A stretch of 64,000 bases of DNA from Alphaproteobacteria bacterium (GTDB lineage: Bacteria; Pseudomonadota; Alphaproteobacteria; SP197): the NCBI GenBank assembly GCA_965228895.1, contig OZ245842.1, positions 2,464,001 to 2,528,000 on the forward strand, given 5' to 3'. Positions within the stretch are counted from its first letter, which is position 1. Every line of letters starts with the position of its first letter. A model generated the notes under the pieces. The model worked only from the letters and a program-made list of their open reading frames with translations, did not search any database and was not told where the DNA came from. A program made the translations under genes and the position numbers. Positions 30,041-40,031 of this stretch are shown in pieces.

Positions 30041-30303
30041 TGGTTGCCCTGGCCATGTTCCTCGTCGTCGTCGCCATGGCGTTGACGCTGATCCGCACGC
30101 TCAAAGGTCCAACGCTCTATGACCGCATTCTGGCGGTCAATGTCCACGGTACGATGACGGTCATGCTGATTGCGTTGGCAGGATTTCTGGTCGACCGGCC
30201 CGACTTCCTGGATCTTTCGCTCGTCTACGCGCTGCTGAACTTTGTCGGCACGCTCGCCGCCTTGAAGTTCTTCAAACATGGCCACCTGGGCGAGGAACGA
30301 TGA
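30040..30303 (+). CDS. mrpF: Na+/H+ antiporter subunit F
   Basis: GPTLYDRILAVN, DLSLVYALLNFVGT. Confidence 0.92.
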   Translation: MVALAMFLVVVAMALTLIRTLKGPTLYDRILAVNVHGTMTVMLIALAGFLVDRPDFLDLSLVYALLNFVGTLAALKFFKHGHLGEER

Positions 30304-30653
30304 GCTTCGTGATCGATATCGCAAGCGGTGCGCTGTTAGCGATCGGCGGCATTCTGATGCTGATCGGCGGGCTCGGCATGGTGCGTCTGCCGAACTTCTT
30401 CACCCGCCTTCATGCCGCCGGCCTGACCGATACCGGCGGCGCAGCGACGCTGCTGCTGGGACTGGCGCTGCAAGCCGGATTTACCATGGTCACGGTAAAA
30501 CTGCTGCTGATCGGCATTTTCCTGTTCTTTACCGCGCCGACATCAAGCCACGCCGTTGCCCACGCAGCGCTTCTTGGCGGTCTGGAGCCCGGCAAGGGCG
30601 ACGCGCCTGACGAGCCGCCCGAGCCCAATTCCCAGCAAGCCGACGAGGCCTGA
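30300..30653 (+). CDS. mrpG: Na+/H+ antiporter subunit G
   Basis: RLPNFFTRLHAAG, TAPTSSHAVA. Confidence 0.92.
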   Translation: MSFVIDIASGALLAIGGILMLIGGLGMVRLPNFFTRLHAAGLTDTGGAATLLLGLALQAGFTMVTVKLLLIGIFLFFTAPTSSHAVAHAALLGGLEPGKGDAPDEPPEPNSQQADEA

Positions 30654-30657
30654 GCCG

Positions 30658-31197
30658 ATGGAAGTGCTGCACGAACTGCTGCTTCTCACGCTGTTGATCG
30701 CGTTGGCGGTTGGCATGCTGCGCCTGACCAATCTCTTGGCCATCGCCATCATGACCGGTGTCTATAGCCTGATCCTGGCTGTCGTTTACGTGCTTATGGA
30801 TGCCGTCGATGTTGCGTTCACCGAGGCCGCCGTCGGCGCAGGCGTGACGCTCGCGCTGATGCTGGCGGCGATCTCCATGACGACGCGTGTGGAAAAGCCG
30901 CGTACCGGCCGAGGTCCTGCGCCCGTGCCGCTTCTGGCTGCGATCATTACCGGCATGGCGCTTGTCTATGCCTTGTCGGGCATGCCGGGATTCGGCGATC
31001 CCATGGCCCCCATCCATACCCATGTCGCGCCGCGCTACATCGAGGTATCACCGTACGAAATCGGTATCCCCAACATGGTGACATCCGTGCTGGCGAGCTA
31101 TCGAGGCTTTGACACGCTCGGCGAGGTAACCGTCATCTTCACCGCGGGCGTCAGCGTTGTCGCCCTGCTGTGGCGCTGGAACAGAGACGACCGATGA
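30658..31197 (+). CDS. DUF4040/MnhB-related subunit (C-terminal part of MrpA-like)
   Basis: DAVDVAFTEAAVGAG, NMVTSVLASYRGFDTLGE. Confidence 0.88.
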   Translation: MEVLHELLLLTLLIALAVGMLRLTNLLAIAIMTGVYSLILAVVYVLMDAVDVAFTEAAVGAGVTLALMLAAISMTTRVEKPRTGRGPAPVPLLAAIITGMALVYALSGMPGFGDPMAPIHTHVAPRYIEVSPYEIGIPNMVTSVLASYRGFDTLGEVTVIFTAGVSVVALLWRWNRDDR

Positions 31198-31616
31198 GAG
31201 AGCATCTGATCGTCCGCGTCATTGTCAAGATGCTGGTGCCGTTCGTCCTGTTGTTCGGCATCTATGTGCAGATGCACGGCGACTTCGGTCCGGGCGGCGG
31301 ATTCCAGGCCGGCGTCATTGTCGCAACAGGGTTCATCACCTACGCGCTGGTATTCGGCGTAACCAGCACAATCCGCGCGCTGCCCCTGGCGTTCTTGACC
31401 TTTATGATCTCGCTCGGCGTCATTCTTTATGCCGGGGTCGGCTTCGCGACGATGTTCTACGGCGGCGAGTTCCTGAACTACAGCGCCTTTGACCCCGGCC
31501 ATCCCCAACAGGGCCAGCACCTGGGCATCATCCTGATCGAGCTGGGCGTCGGCATCACCGTTGCCTCGGTCATGGTGTCGATCTTCATCACCTTTGCTGA
31601 ACGGTGGCATCGCTGA
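31194..31616 (+). CDS. mrpB: Na+/H+ antiporter subunit B
   Basis: HGDFGPGGGFQAG, ELGVGITV. Confidence 0.9.
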   Translation: MREHLIVRVIVKMLVPFVLLFGIYVQMHGDFGPGGGFQAGVIVATGFITYALVFGVTSTIRALPLAFLTFMISLGVILYAGVGFATMFYGGEFLNYSAFDPGHPQQGQHLGIILIELGVGITVASVMVSIFITFAERWHR

Positions 31617-31978
31617 TGGAAACCGTGATGTTCCTTATCGAGCATGCCAACTACTGGGCGGCCGTGATCTTGCTCATGATCGGTCTCTACATCCTGACCA
31701 CGCGCGGCAACCTGATCAAAAAGGTTGTCGGCCTGAACATTTTCCAAAGTGCCGTCTTCCTGCTCTATATCTCGATGGGCTATGTCGATGGCGGTTCGGC
31801 CCCGATCGTCAAGCCGGGGATCGAGGTCTACTCCAATCCCCTGCCCCACGTCTTGATCCTGACCGCCATTGTCGTCGGCGTGGCGACATCATCCCTGGCG
31901 CTCGCCCTCATTGTCAGAATTCGAGAGGCCTACGGCACTATCGAAGAAGACGAAATCATCGAGCTCGACCAACCCTGA
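31616..31978 (+). CDS. mrpC: Na+/H+ antiporter subunit C
   Basis: NLIKKVVGL, NPLPHVLILTAIVVG. Confidence 0.92.
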   Translation: METVMFLIEHANYWAAVILLMIGLYILTTRGNLIKKVVGLNIFQSAVFLLYISMGYVDGGSAPIVKPGIEVYSNPLPHVLILTAIVVGVATSSLALALIVRIREAYGTIEEDEIIELDQP

Positions 31979-33459
31979 TGTCATTCGTGATCGCCAACCT
32001 TCCCGCGCTTCAGGTGGCGGTGCCGCTGATGGCAGCGCCGATCTGCGCGCTGTTGGTGCGCGGCCGCTACGCCTGGGTCTTCACCACTCTGGTGGCGTGG
32101 GTCACGTTCGCGATCTCGCTCGCCTTGATGGACGAGGTGCTCGACAAAGGCAGCTTCAGCTACAACATGGGCGGGTGGGCACCGCCGTGGGGGATCGAGT
32201 ACCACATCGATGCGCTGAGCGCGCTGCTCCTGGTTCTGATCTCCGGCATGGCCGCGATCATCACGCCGGCGGCGCGCCATGCCATTGGCGTCGAGGTGAC
32301 GGAGCGGGCGCGGCGCCTGTTCTTCACGGTCGCCCTGCTCGCGCTCACCGGCATGCTGGGCATCGTCGCCACCGGCGACGCGTTCAACCTTTATGTCTTC
32401 CTGGAGATATCGTCGCTTGCCAGCTACGCGCTGATCGCCATGGGCAACTCGCGCCGGGCAGCCACGGCGGCGTTCCACTACCTCATTCTCGGCACCATCG
32501 GGGCGACATTCATCCTGATCGGCGTCGGGTTGATCTATAGCGCAACCGGCACACTCAACATGGCCGACATGGCGTCGCGTCTACGCGCGGTCGGCGTCAC
32601 GCCGACCGTTGAAGCGGCCTTTGCGTTCATCATCATTGGCGCGGCGATCAAGTTTGCGCTGTTCCCGATGCACTTTTGGATGCCCAACGCCTATACCTAC
32701 GCGCCGTCTTTGGTCTCCGCCTTCTTCGGCGCCACCGCGACCAAGGTCGGTGCTTACATCCTGATCCGATTCATCTTCACCGTGTTCGGCGAGCACTTCG
32801 CGTTTGGCGAGATGCACCTTTCCTGGGTCCTTATTCCCATTGCCATCGCCGGCGCGTTCGTCGCCTCGCTGGTCGCCTGCTGGCAAGACGACCTTAAACG
32901 TATGCTCGCGTTTTCCAGTGTCGCCCAGGTCGGCTACATCGGCTTGGGCATTGGGCTGGGCAACCAGGACGGCGTGGTCGCCGCCGTTGTTCACGTCTTT
33001 AACCACGGCCTGATGAAGGGCGCTCTGTTCCTGGTCATGGCCTGCGTCATTCTGCGGCTTGGCAGCGCCGACATGACATCGTTTCGGGGGCTGGGCAAAC
33101 GCATGCCCGTGGCGATGGCGGCCTTTGTCATCGCCGGCTTGAGCATGATCGGCGTGCCGCTGACGGTCGGCTTCATCAGCAAATGGTATCTGGTCGTCGG
33201 CGCGCTCCAGGAGGGACTATGGCCGGTCGCCGCCCTGGTCTTGATCAGCTCCTTGATTGCCGCCGTCTATATCTGGCGTGTCGTCGAAGTCGCGTACTTC
33301 AAGGAACCGGATAGCGATGCACCGGTAAAACCGACACCGCCGCTGCTCCTGATCCCCACTCTGGCGCTTGCCGTTCTTTGCATTGTCTTCGGCGTTGCCA
33401 CCGACTTCACCGTCAACGTCGCCCTTCTGGCGACCACCACCTTGGGTATCGCGCCGTGA
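31978..33459 (+). CDS. mrpD: Na+/H+ antiporter subunit D family (copy 1)
   Basis: GGWAPPWGIE, TGDAFNLYVFLE, K.ALFPMHFWMPNAY, KRMLAFSS, GFISKW. Confidence 0.92.
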   Translation: MSFVIANLPALQVAVPLMAAPICALLVRGRYAWVFTTLVAWVTFAISLALMDEVLDKGSFSYNMGGWAPPWGIEYHIDALSALLLVLISGMAAIITPAARHAIGVEVTERARRLFFTVALLALTGMLGIVATGDAFNLYVFLEISSLASYALIAMGNSRRAATAAFHYLILGTIGATFILIGVGLIYSATGTLNMADMASRLRAVGVTPTVEAAFAFIIIGAAIKFALFPMHFWMPNAYTYAPSLVSAFFGATATKVGAYILIRFIFTVFGEHFAFGEMHLSWVLIPIAIAGAFVASLVACWQDDLKRMLAFSSVAQVGYIGLGIGLGNQDGVVAAVVHVFNHGLMKGALFLVMACVILRLGSADMTSFRGLGKRMPVAMAAFVIAGLSMIGVPLTVGFISKWYLVVGALQEGLWPVAALVLISSLIAAVYIWRVVEVAYFKEPDSDAPVKPTPPLLLIPTLALAVLCIVFGVATDFTVNVALLATTTLGIAP

Positions 33460-34931
33460 TGGGCATGATCGACATGGCGACACTGGTTTGGGTGGCCATC
33501 GCGATACCCGTGGTCGGGGCCGTTCTGATCGTGCTGACGGGACGTTTTGCCGACGTCCGCGAAGCCGTCACGATGGTCACCGCTATCTTGACGTTCATGG
33601 TTGTCGCGCTGTTGCTGCTGCCGGTCCTGGCCGGCGAACGACCGAGCGTCATCCTGGGCGAACCGATCTACGGCCTGCCCCTGGAGCTGACCCTGGAGCC
33701 GCTCGGCATGGTGTTCGCGCTGGTCGCGAGCTTGTTGTGGATCGTGACCTCCGTCTATTCGATCGGTTACATGCGGTCGAACCGCGAAGGCCATCAGACC
33801 CGCTACTATGCGTTCTTCGCGGTGTCGATCGCGTCGGCCGTGGGCATCGCCTTCGCGGGCAACATGTTCACGCTGTTTGTCTTCTATGAGGTCCTGACCA
33901 TCGCCACGTATCCGCTGGTCACCCATCACGGTAACGACGAAGCCCGGCGCGGCGGGCGCACCTATCTGGGTATTTTGCTTGGCACGTCCATCGCGTTTCA
34001 GCTGCTCGCCATCATCTGGACGTGGGTCGCCACAGGCACGCTGGACTTCCGCGACGGCGGCATACTTTCCGGCCATGTCACCGGGCCGGCACTGATCGTC
34101 CTGCTGTTGCTTTACATGTACGGCATCGGCAAGGCCGCGCTGATGCCACTGCATCGCTGGCTGCCGGCCGCCATGGTCGCGCCGACGCCGGTCAGCGCGC
34201 TTCTGCATGCCGTCGCCGTCGTGAAGGCCGGTGTCTTTACCGTTCTCAAGGTCATCCTCTATATCTTCGGCATCGATCTCCTCGCCGAGACGTCCGGCAG
34301 CGAAATCCTCGTCTGGCTGGCCGGCATCACGATCATCGTCGGTTCCCTGGTGGCGTTGCGCCAGGACAACCTGAAGCGACGGCTGGCCTATTCGACGGTC
34401 AGCCAGCTTTCTTATGTCATCCTGGGTGCGGCGATCCTGGCGCCGATCTCGGTCGCCGGTGCGATCATTCATATCGTCGCCCATGCGTTCGGCAAGATCA
34501 CGCTCTTCTTCGTCGCAGGCTCGATCTATACCAGCGCGCACAAGACGCTGGTCAGCGAGCTCGACGGTATCGGGCGGCGCATGCCCTGGACCATGGCGGC
34601 GTTTGCCGTCGGCAGTCTGAGCATGATCGGCCTGCCGCCGACATTCGGTTTCGTCAGCAAGTGGTACATGCTGCAAGGCGCCATGCAGACGGAGCAGTTC
34701 ATTCCCGTCGCGGTGATCGTTGTCAGTACGCTGTTGAACGCCGCCTACTTCCTGCCGATCCTCTATCAAGCGTTTTTCAAGGCGCCGCCCGAGGGATCGG
34801 AAGACCACGGCGAGGCGCCCTCGCTAATGCTTGGCGCGCTGCTCTTTACGTCCGCATGTACGATCATCTTCTTCTTCGCACCGGGCATTCCGGGCATTCT
34901 GGCCTTCATGGCGGTGGGACCTGGCGGATGA
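33459..34931 (+). CDS. mrpD: Na+/H+ antiporter subunit D family (copy 2)
   Basis: FVFYE, GKAALMPLHRWLPAAMVAPTPVSALLHA, KRRLAYST. Confidence 0.9.
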   Translation: MGMIDMATLVWVAIAIPVVGAVLIVLTGRFADVREAVTMVTAILTFMVVALLLLPVLAGERPSVILGEPIYGLPLELTLEPLGMVFALVASLLWIVTSVYSIGYMRSNREGHQTRYYAFFAVSIASAVGIAFAGNMFTLFVFYEVLTIATYPLVTHHGNDEARRGGRTYLGILLGTSIAFQLLAIIWTWVATGTLDFRDGGILSGHVTGPALIVLLLLYMYGIGKAALMPLHRWLPAAMVAPTPVSALLHAVAVVKAGVFTVLKVILYIFGIDLLAETSGSEILVWLAGITIIVGSLVALRQDNLKRRLAYSTVSQLSYVILGAAILAPISVAGAIIHIVAHAFGKITLFFVAGSIYTSAHKTLVSELDGIGRRMPWTMAAFAVGSLSMIGLPPTFGFVSKWYMLQGAMQTEQFIPVAVIVVSTLLNAAYFLPILYQAFFKAPPEGSEDHGEAPSLMLGALLFTSACTIIFFFAPGIPGILAFMAVGPGG

Positions 34932-35194
34932 CGGAAAGCAACAAACAGGGCAAGCGTGAGAGCTGGCTCGACGAGCCACGCAACATCAAGTTGCTGATTG
35001 TCATCAGCTTGATCGTTCTAGCACTGACCGTGATCGCGGATTTCTTCTATCGCGGTCACCCTAAGTTCGTGGTCGATGGCTGGTTCGGCTTCTATGCCTG
35101 GTACGGTTTCCTGACCTGCCTGGTTATGGTGCTGGTTGCCAAGCTTCTTGGCTTTGTCTTGAAGCGCGACGACAGGTACTACGATGACGACTAG
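34928..35194 (+). CDS. Small 2-TM membrane protein inside the mrp operon
   Basis: 88 aa, MTESNKQG..WLDEPRN..GFYAWYGF..KRDDRYYD; ATGA overlap with the upstream gene. Confidence 0.8.
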   Translation: MTESNKQGKRESWLDEPRNIKLLIVISLIVLALTVIADFFYRGHPKFVVDGWFGFYAWYGFLTCLVMVLVAKLLGFVLKRDDRYYDDD

Positions 35195-36874
35195 CCTGCC
35201 GCCTGCCCTTATCATGCTGTTGGCTGGGCTGGCTCTGCCGCTGATGGCCAACCGTGTCTGGCGCCCTGCATGAGTCTGGGCGCCCCAGTCGTCGCGCTCG
35301 TCCTTATCTGGACGACGCCGGACGGCGCGGTGCTGACGACGCAAATCCTGAACTTCGATCTGACAATTCTTCAGGGTACGAAGACGGGCCGTTTGTTCGG
35401 CACCATCTTTGCCATCATGGCGTTTGTCGGCGCGATGTTCGCGCTGAAACAAACCAATGCGTTGGAGGCGTCCTCGGCGCTGGTCTACGCGGGCAGTGCG
35501 ATCGGTGTCAGTGGCGCCGGCGACCTGATCACCATGTTCGTCTTCTGGGAACTGATGGCGGTCGGCTCTACCCTGGTGCTTTGGTCGGCCGGTGAAGGGA
35601 CCTATCGCGCGGCGCGGCGCTATATGATGGTGCATCTGTTGGGCGGTGTTCTGTTAATGGCGGGCATTGCTGGCCATGTCGCCGAGACAGGCTCCATCGC
35701 CTTCACCGCTATCGAGCTGGCCGGCGTGTCAAGCTGGCTGATCTTGATCGGCTTCTTGGTCAACGCCGGTGCGCCGCCGTTTTCTGCATGGCTGCCCGAC
35801 GCCTATCCCGAGGCGTCGTGGAGCGGCACGGTGTTTCTATCGGCCTTCACGACCAAGACCGCCGTCTTCGTGCTGCTGGTCACCTTCGCCGGCAACGAAA
35901 TCCTGGTCTGGGTCGGCCTCTACATGGTGTTCTACGGCATCATCTATGCGCTGCTTGAAAACGACATGCGGCGCATCCTGGCCTACAGCATCGTCAATCA
36001 GGTCGGCTTCATGGTGTGCGGCATCGGGATCGGGACTGAGCTGGCGCTGAACGGCGCGGCGTCCCACGCCTTCGCCCATATCATCTACAAGGCACTGCTG
36101 CTGATGGCCGCGGGCGCGGTGCTGTATCAAACCGGCAAGCGCAAGTGCACGGATCTGGGCGGCCTCTTCCACAGCATGCCGATCACGACCATCTGCGGCA
36201 TCATTGGCGCGCTCGCGATCTCGTCCTTCCCGCTGACGTCCGGCTTTGTCAGCAAGTCGATGATTTCCGACGCGGCGGGTGAAGAGCATCTGGCCGTCGT
36301 CTGGTTCCTGCTCTACGCGGCCTCAGCCGGTGTCTTCCTGCATGCCGGCATCAAGTTCCCCTGGTTCGTGTTCTTCCAGAAGGACTCAGGCCTTAGACCC
36401 GCCGATCCGCCGGCGACCATGCGCTGGGCGATGATCATCTTCGCCTTCCTGTGCATTGCGATCGGCGTCTACCCGGCCCCGCTCTACGCCTTGTTGCCGT
36501 ACCCCGTGAACTACGTGCCTTACACCGTCGGGCATGTGCTACACATGACGCAATTGCTGCTGTTCGCCGGTCTCGCCTTCTTCGTGCTGTTGCCGCTGAT
36601 GAAGCGCACGCTGACGATTTCGCTCGACACCGACACCGTCTATCGACGTATCGGACCGTGGTTGGCCGATGGTATCGGTCGCGCCATCGGCGCAGCGGAC
36701 CGCGCCATGCGTGAGACGGCGATGCGCTGGTTTCAAGCCCTTGTCACGGCGCTGGAGCGTGTTCATGGTGTGAGCGGCGTGCTTGCCCGCGACCTCAATA
36801 TGACGGTTACCGTGTTGGCCGTCGTCATCGCCTTCGGCCTGATCTTGTTGTTCGATCTAATACAAGGCCTCTAG
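35184..36874 (+). CDS. mrpD: Na+/H+ antiporter subunit D family (copy 3), with an apparent frameshift/split after codon 29
   Basis: 35184-35273 encodes MTTSLPPALIMLLAGLALPLMANRVWRPA*; the main ORF 35270-36874 has FVFWE, WLPDAYPEA, RRILAYS. Confidence 0.85.
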
Positions 36875-36937
36875 AGATCGGTCAGGGCGCGACCGACACA
36901 ACCGTCATGCCGCGAAAGGACGATCAAGGGAGAGAAG

Positions 36938-37537
36938 ATGGAGTTCGCAGGTGAATACACGATCAACGCACCACGGCAACGTGTGTGGGACGCACTCAAC
37001 GATCCGGAAATCCTGAAGCAGGCGATCCCCGGCTGTCAGGAGATCGAAAAACAATCCCCGACCGACATGACGGCAACCGTGAAGTCGAAGATCGGGCCGG
37101 TGCAGGCGACCTTCAAAGGCGCGGTCACGCTTTCCAATCTCAACCCGCCCAACGGCTACACCATCGCCGGCGAAGGCAAAGGCGGCGTCGCCGGCTTCGC
37201 CAAGGGCAGCGCGGACGTCACCCTGAGCGACGCCGACGGCGGCGGAACTGTGTTGCGCTACGAAGCAGCCGGTCAGGTTGGCGGTAAGATCGCCCAGGTC
37301 GGCGCGCGGCTCGTCGAAGGCACGGCCAAGAAGCTTGCCGACCAGTTTTTCGGCGCGTTCAACGACCTCCTGGCGACCGACGGGGCGCCAGAGGCCGAGG
37401 CACCGGCCCAAGAGCCGGAACCGGCCGCCCTAAGCCATGTCGATGAGAGGTCGTCGTCACCAAAGGCGGTCAGATGGCTTGTCGCCGCTATCCTCGGCAT
37501 TGTCGTCGCCCTGCTCGCCATTTGGCTGGTCGGGTAG
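36938..37537 (+). CDS. coxG: Carbon monoxide dehydrogenase subunit G-like (SRPBCC) protein with C-terminal membrane anchor
   Basis: VWDALNDPE.L..IPGC, IGPV.ATF.G, GGVAGFAKG, GGKIAQVGARL. Confidence 0.9.
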   Translation: MEFAGEYTINAPRQRVWDALNDPEILKQAIPGCQEIEKQSPTDMTATVKSKIGPVQATFKGAVTLSNLNPPNGYTIAGEGKGGVAGFAKGSADVTLSDADGGGTVLRYEAAGQVGGKIAQVGARLVEGTAKKLADQFFGAFNDLLATDGAPEAEAPAQEPEPAALSHVDERSSSPKAVRWLVAAILGIVVALLAIWLVG

Positions 37538-37791
37538 ATTGTAACGGCAAAGGTCAAGCTCGATCGGCGATCCAGGTGATCTGTCGCACTAGGTATTCCT
37601 GGCTTTTTCCATCTGTGAGACCCGAACGAGCCGGGCTTGAGCCAGCGTGAAGTGTGATAACGATCATCTTCGGCTTGCCTTGGGGCCATTTAGCCTGGAC
37701 AACATGGTCCCTATGGTACCCGCTAGCGTCGCACGGTTACTTTGGGACAACGGAAACCCGACACGCATTTCGGCTAGTTCGGATCGTCTGG

Positions 37792-38991
37792 ATGACTCTC
37801 GTGCCCGCCGCTGAAGAAACCCCGGTTTCCACCCCGCCGCGCGCCGGCGCTGTGGCGATCGCCAGCGATCAGGCAAGGCAGCCTCCTCGGCTCCTGGTGT
37901 TAACGAGCGTCGCGAATCTGTTCCGACATACCGCTCGTTACATCATGAATGACGCGGCGACCTATGTTGCCATCCTAGCCTATGTGGCAGCCGCCATCGT
38001 CTACCTGTCGTTCTCCGGCAGCCTGAACATCGACGCGCTTCTGCCGCGATACGTCACGTTGTTTGCGACCTACACCCTGCTCGTCTTCATTCCTGTGTTC
38101 CTGTTCTGCACGTGGGCCGGCGATTTGTTCCGGTGTTTCACACAATCGAACAGGCCAGCGTCATCTCTTGGTTCGTCCAGCTATTGGGCGCGCTTGTTTG
38201 CAGGTCTCGTGCTGGTCGCTCTACTCATACCGATGATGGCGGCCTATTCGACGGTCAAGACAGTGTTGCCGTTCAGTGCCGGCTTTCCCTATGAACATGC
38301 TTTGGCATCAATCGATGCATATCTGCATGGCGGCGACCCCTGGCGCGTGACCCACTGGCTTGTCGATCCCGACGTGTTCGGGCGCTGGGTCGATCGCAAT
38401 TACCACCAGTCCTGGCTGGTCTATTGGACGGCCTTCGCCTTTTGGGTTTGCGTGTGTCGCCGGGCCGATCGGATCCGCACGCGCTATGTCATCAGTCTGA
38501 TGGTGACGTGGGGATTGCTTGGCAATGTCATCGCTGGGCTGACGATGAGCGCCGGCCCGGTTTTCTATGCCGGCGCCACCGGCGACACCGAACGCTTTGC
38601 TGATCTGAACGTTTTCATTGACCGCCTCAACGACGGCGACTCCCTGGTCAAGTACTACAGCAGCTTCCTTTGGCAGAACTATGAGGCCCGAGCGATCGGT
38701 CCCGGCAGCGGCATTTCCGCCTTGCCCAGTCTGCACGTTGCGATCGTCACGCTGAATGCGTTCTTCGTTCGGGAGCTCTTTGGCAAAGGGTGGGGCGCAC
38801 TGGCGTGGATCTTTGTCGCCATCATGAGCTTCAGCTCGGTCTATCTGGGCTGGCACTATGCCATCGACGCCTACGCATCGATCGTTCTCGTCGCGCTTGT
38901 CTATTATGCCGGTCTGTGGCTGACCCGCCGCACGCAGCCGAACACCGGTCACCCCGAACCCACAGACTCCGCGCGCCCGCAGTCAAGTTAG
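37792..38991 (+). CDS. PAP2-family membrane protein (inositol-phosphoceramide synthase-like)
   Basis: SAGPVF, GISALPSLHVA, SVYLGWHYAIDA; many TM helices; start uncertain. Confidence 0.85.
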   Translation: MTLVPAAEETPVSTPPRAGAVAIASDQARQPPRLLVLTSVANLFRHTARYIMNDAATYVAILAYVAAAIVYLSFSGSLNIDALLPRYVTLFATYTLLVFIPVFLFCTWAGDLFRCFTQSNRPASSLGSSSYWARLFAGLVLVALLIPMMAAYSTVKTVLPFSAGFPYEHALASIDAYLHGGDPWRVTHWLVDPDVFGRWVDRNYHQSWLVYWTAFAFWVCVCRRADRIRTRYVISLMVTWGLLGNVIAGLTMSAGPVFYAGATGDTERFADLNVFIDRLNDGDSLVKYYSSFLWQNYEARAIGPGSGISALPSLHVAIVTLNAFFVRELFGKGWGALAWIFVAIMSFSSVYLGWHYAIDAYASIVLVALVYYAGLWLTRRTQPNTGHPEPTDSARPQSS

Positions 38992-39001
38992 GCGGTCGGT
39001 G

Positions 39002-39361
39002 TCAGGATCGCGCCGGGTCAACTGTTATCGGGCCCGGCGGCGATGAGTTTGGATGTGGTGGATGGGCCTTGAACTGGGCTGAGAGAGCCTCCAGTTCCGC
39101 CGCGTCAAGCATACCGTTCGATGTCAGCAGCTTTTCGCACGCCATGGCGAAATGGACGTAGTAGTCGGTCGTGTCGTCAGGTCCGCCGGCGCCAATCTCA
39201 GCAATCAGACTCGCCTTAAAGTCGTCCCATGGAAAACGATGGTCCATCGCAAGCCGGGACACCACGGCAAAAATGCGCGCCTGCCAGGGCTCGCTGAAGA
39301 CAGGCTCACCGTCGGTGCTCGGCACCGATGCGACGATGGTGTCGGGTGCAACGTCGCTCAT
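39002..39361 (-). CDS. Nitrile hydratase accessory/activator protein (P14K/NhlE-like)
   Basis: PVFSEPWQARIFA, WDDFKASLIAEI, YYVHF..ACEKLL; ATGA overlap with the upstream gene. Confidence 0.88.
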   Translation of the reverse strand: MSDVAPDTIVASVPSTDGEPVFSEPWQARIFAVVSRLAMDHRFPWDDFKASLIAEIGAGGPDDTTDYYVHFAMACEKLLTSNGMLDAAELEALSAQFKAHPPHPNSSPPGPITVDPARS

Positions 39362-39711
39362 GCCGGTTCCAGATAGGGTTCCCACAAATCGAGGCATAAG
39401 GAATCGCCATCGACCCCATCTTCGCCCCAGATCTCACGTGCCGAAAAACAAACCGTATAGACGTGCTGAGGATCCTCGCCCTGCCATTCGGAGTTCGTGT
39501 CGGGATAGACGAAAATGCCGTGATCCCGGACAATCTCGCCAACCTTGCCGCGCGAATAACGGGTCGACCGCGTGTGATGAAACGGGTGCACGTTCTTCAC
39601 ACGAACGCGGTCGCCGACCTTGAAACCTGCCTTGACATCGGCATCGGCACGACGCGTCGAGGCCCCACCCTCAATGGCGGCGGCGACCTCTTCCAAGGTC
39701 ACCTCACCCAT
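39358..39711 (-). CDS. Nitrile hydratase beta subunit, C-terminal (SH3-like) half
   Basis: FKVGDRVRV, HTRSTRYSRGKVG, YPDTN, QHVYTVCF.AREIWG, DLWEPYLEPA. Confidence 0.9.
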   Translation of the reverse strand: MGEVTLEEVAAAIEGGASTRRADADVKAGFKVGDRVRVKNVHPFHHTRSTRYSRGKVGEIVRDHGIFVYPDTNSEWQGEDPQHVYTVCFSAREIWGEDGVDGDSLCLDLWEPYLEPA

Positions 39712-40021
39712 TCTTGAGATCCTTCTTCAACTCCTCAACGCGCTGATCGATTTCCGCCGGCGTCAGCACGCCCTTCTCTTCCAGAATTGCTTCGACCGAA
39801 CGCATCCAGAGCTCATAGTAGGTTGCCTTCAAGTAGGTGTCAGCGGGAATACGCTCGATGCTGCGGCGCAGGTGGTCGTCAACAAATCCGACACTGTCGG
39901 CTGCCTGGAGTGAAATGCCGAAGGCCCGCTTTTCCCATTCGTGATGGAAGGCCGGCTCGTCTTCCTCGCGTTCGATGCGGCCAAAACCGTGCATGCCGCC
40001 CATGTCATGAATGCCATCCAT
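39704..40021 (-). CDS. nthB: Nitrile hydratase beta subunit, N-terminal half
   Basis: MDGIHDMGGMHGFG, FHHEWEKRAF, RRSIERI, YYELW, EKGVLT. Confidence 0.9.
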   Translation of the reverse strand: MDGIHDMGGMHGFGRIEREEDEPAFHHEWEKRAFGISLQAADSVGFVDDHLRRSIERIPADTYLKATYYELWMRSVEAILEEKGVLTPAEIDQRVEELKKDLKNG

Positions 40022-40031
40022 AGAGATCCTC

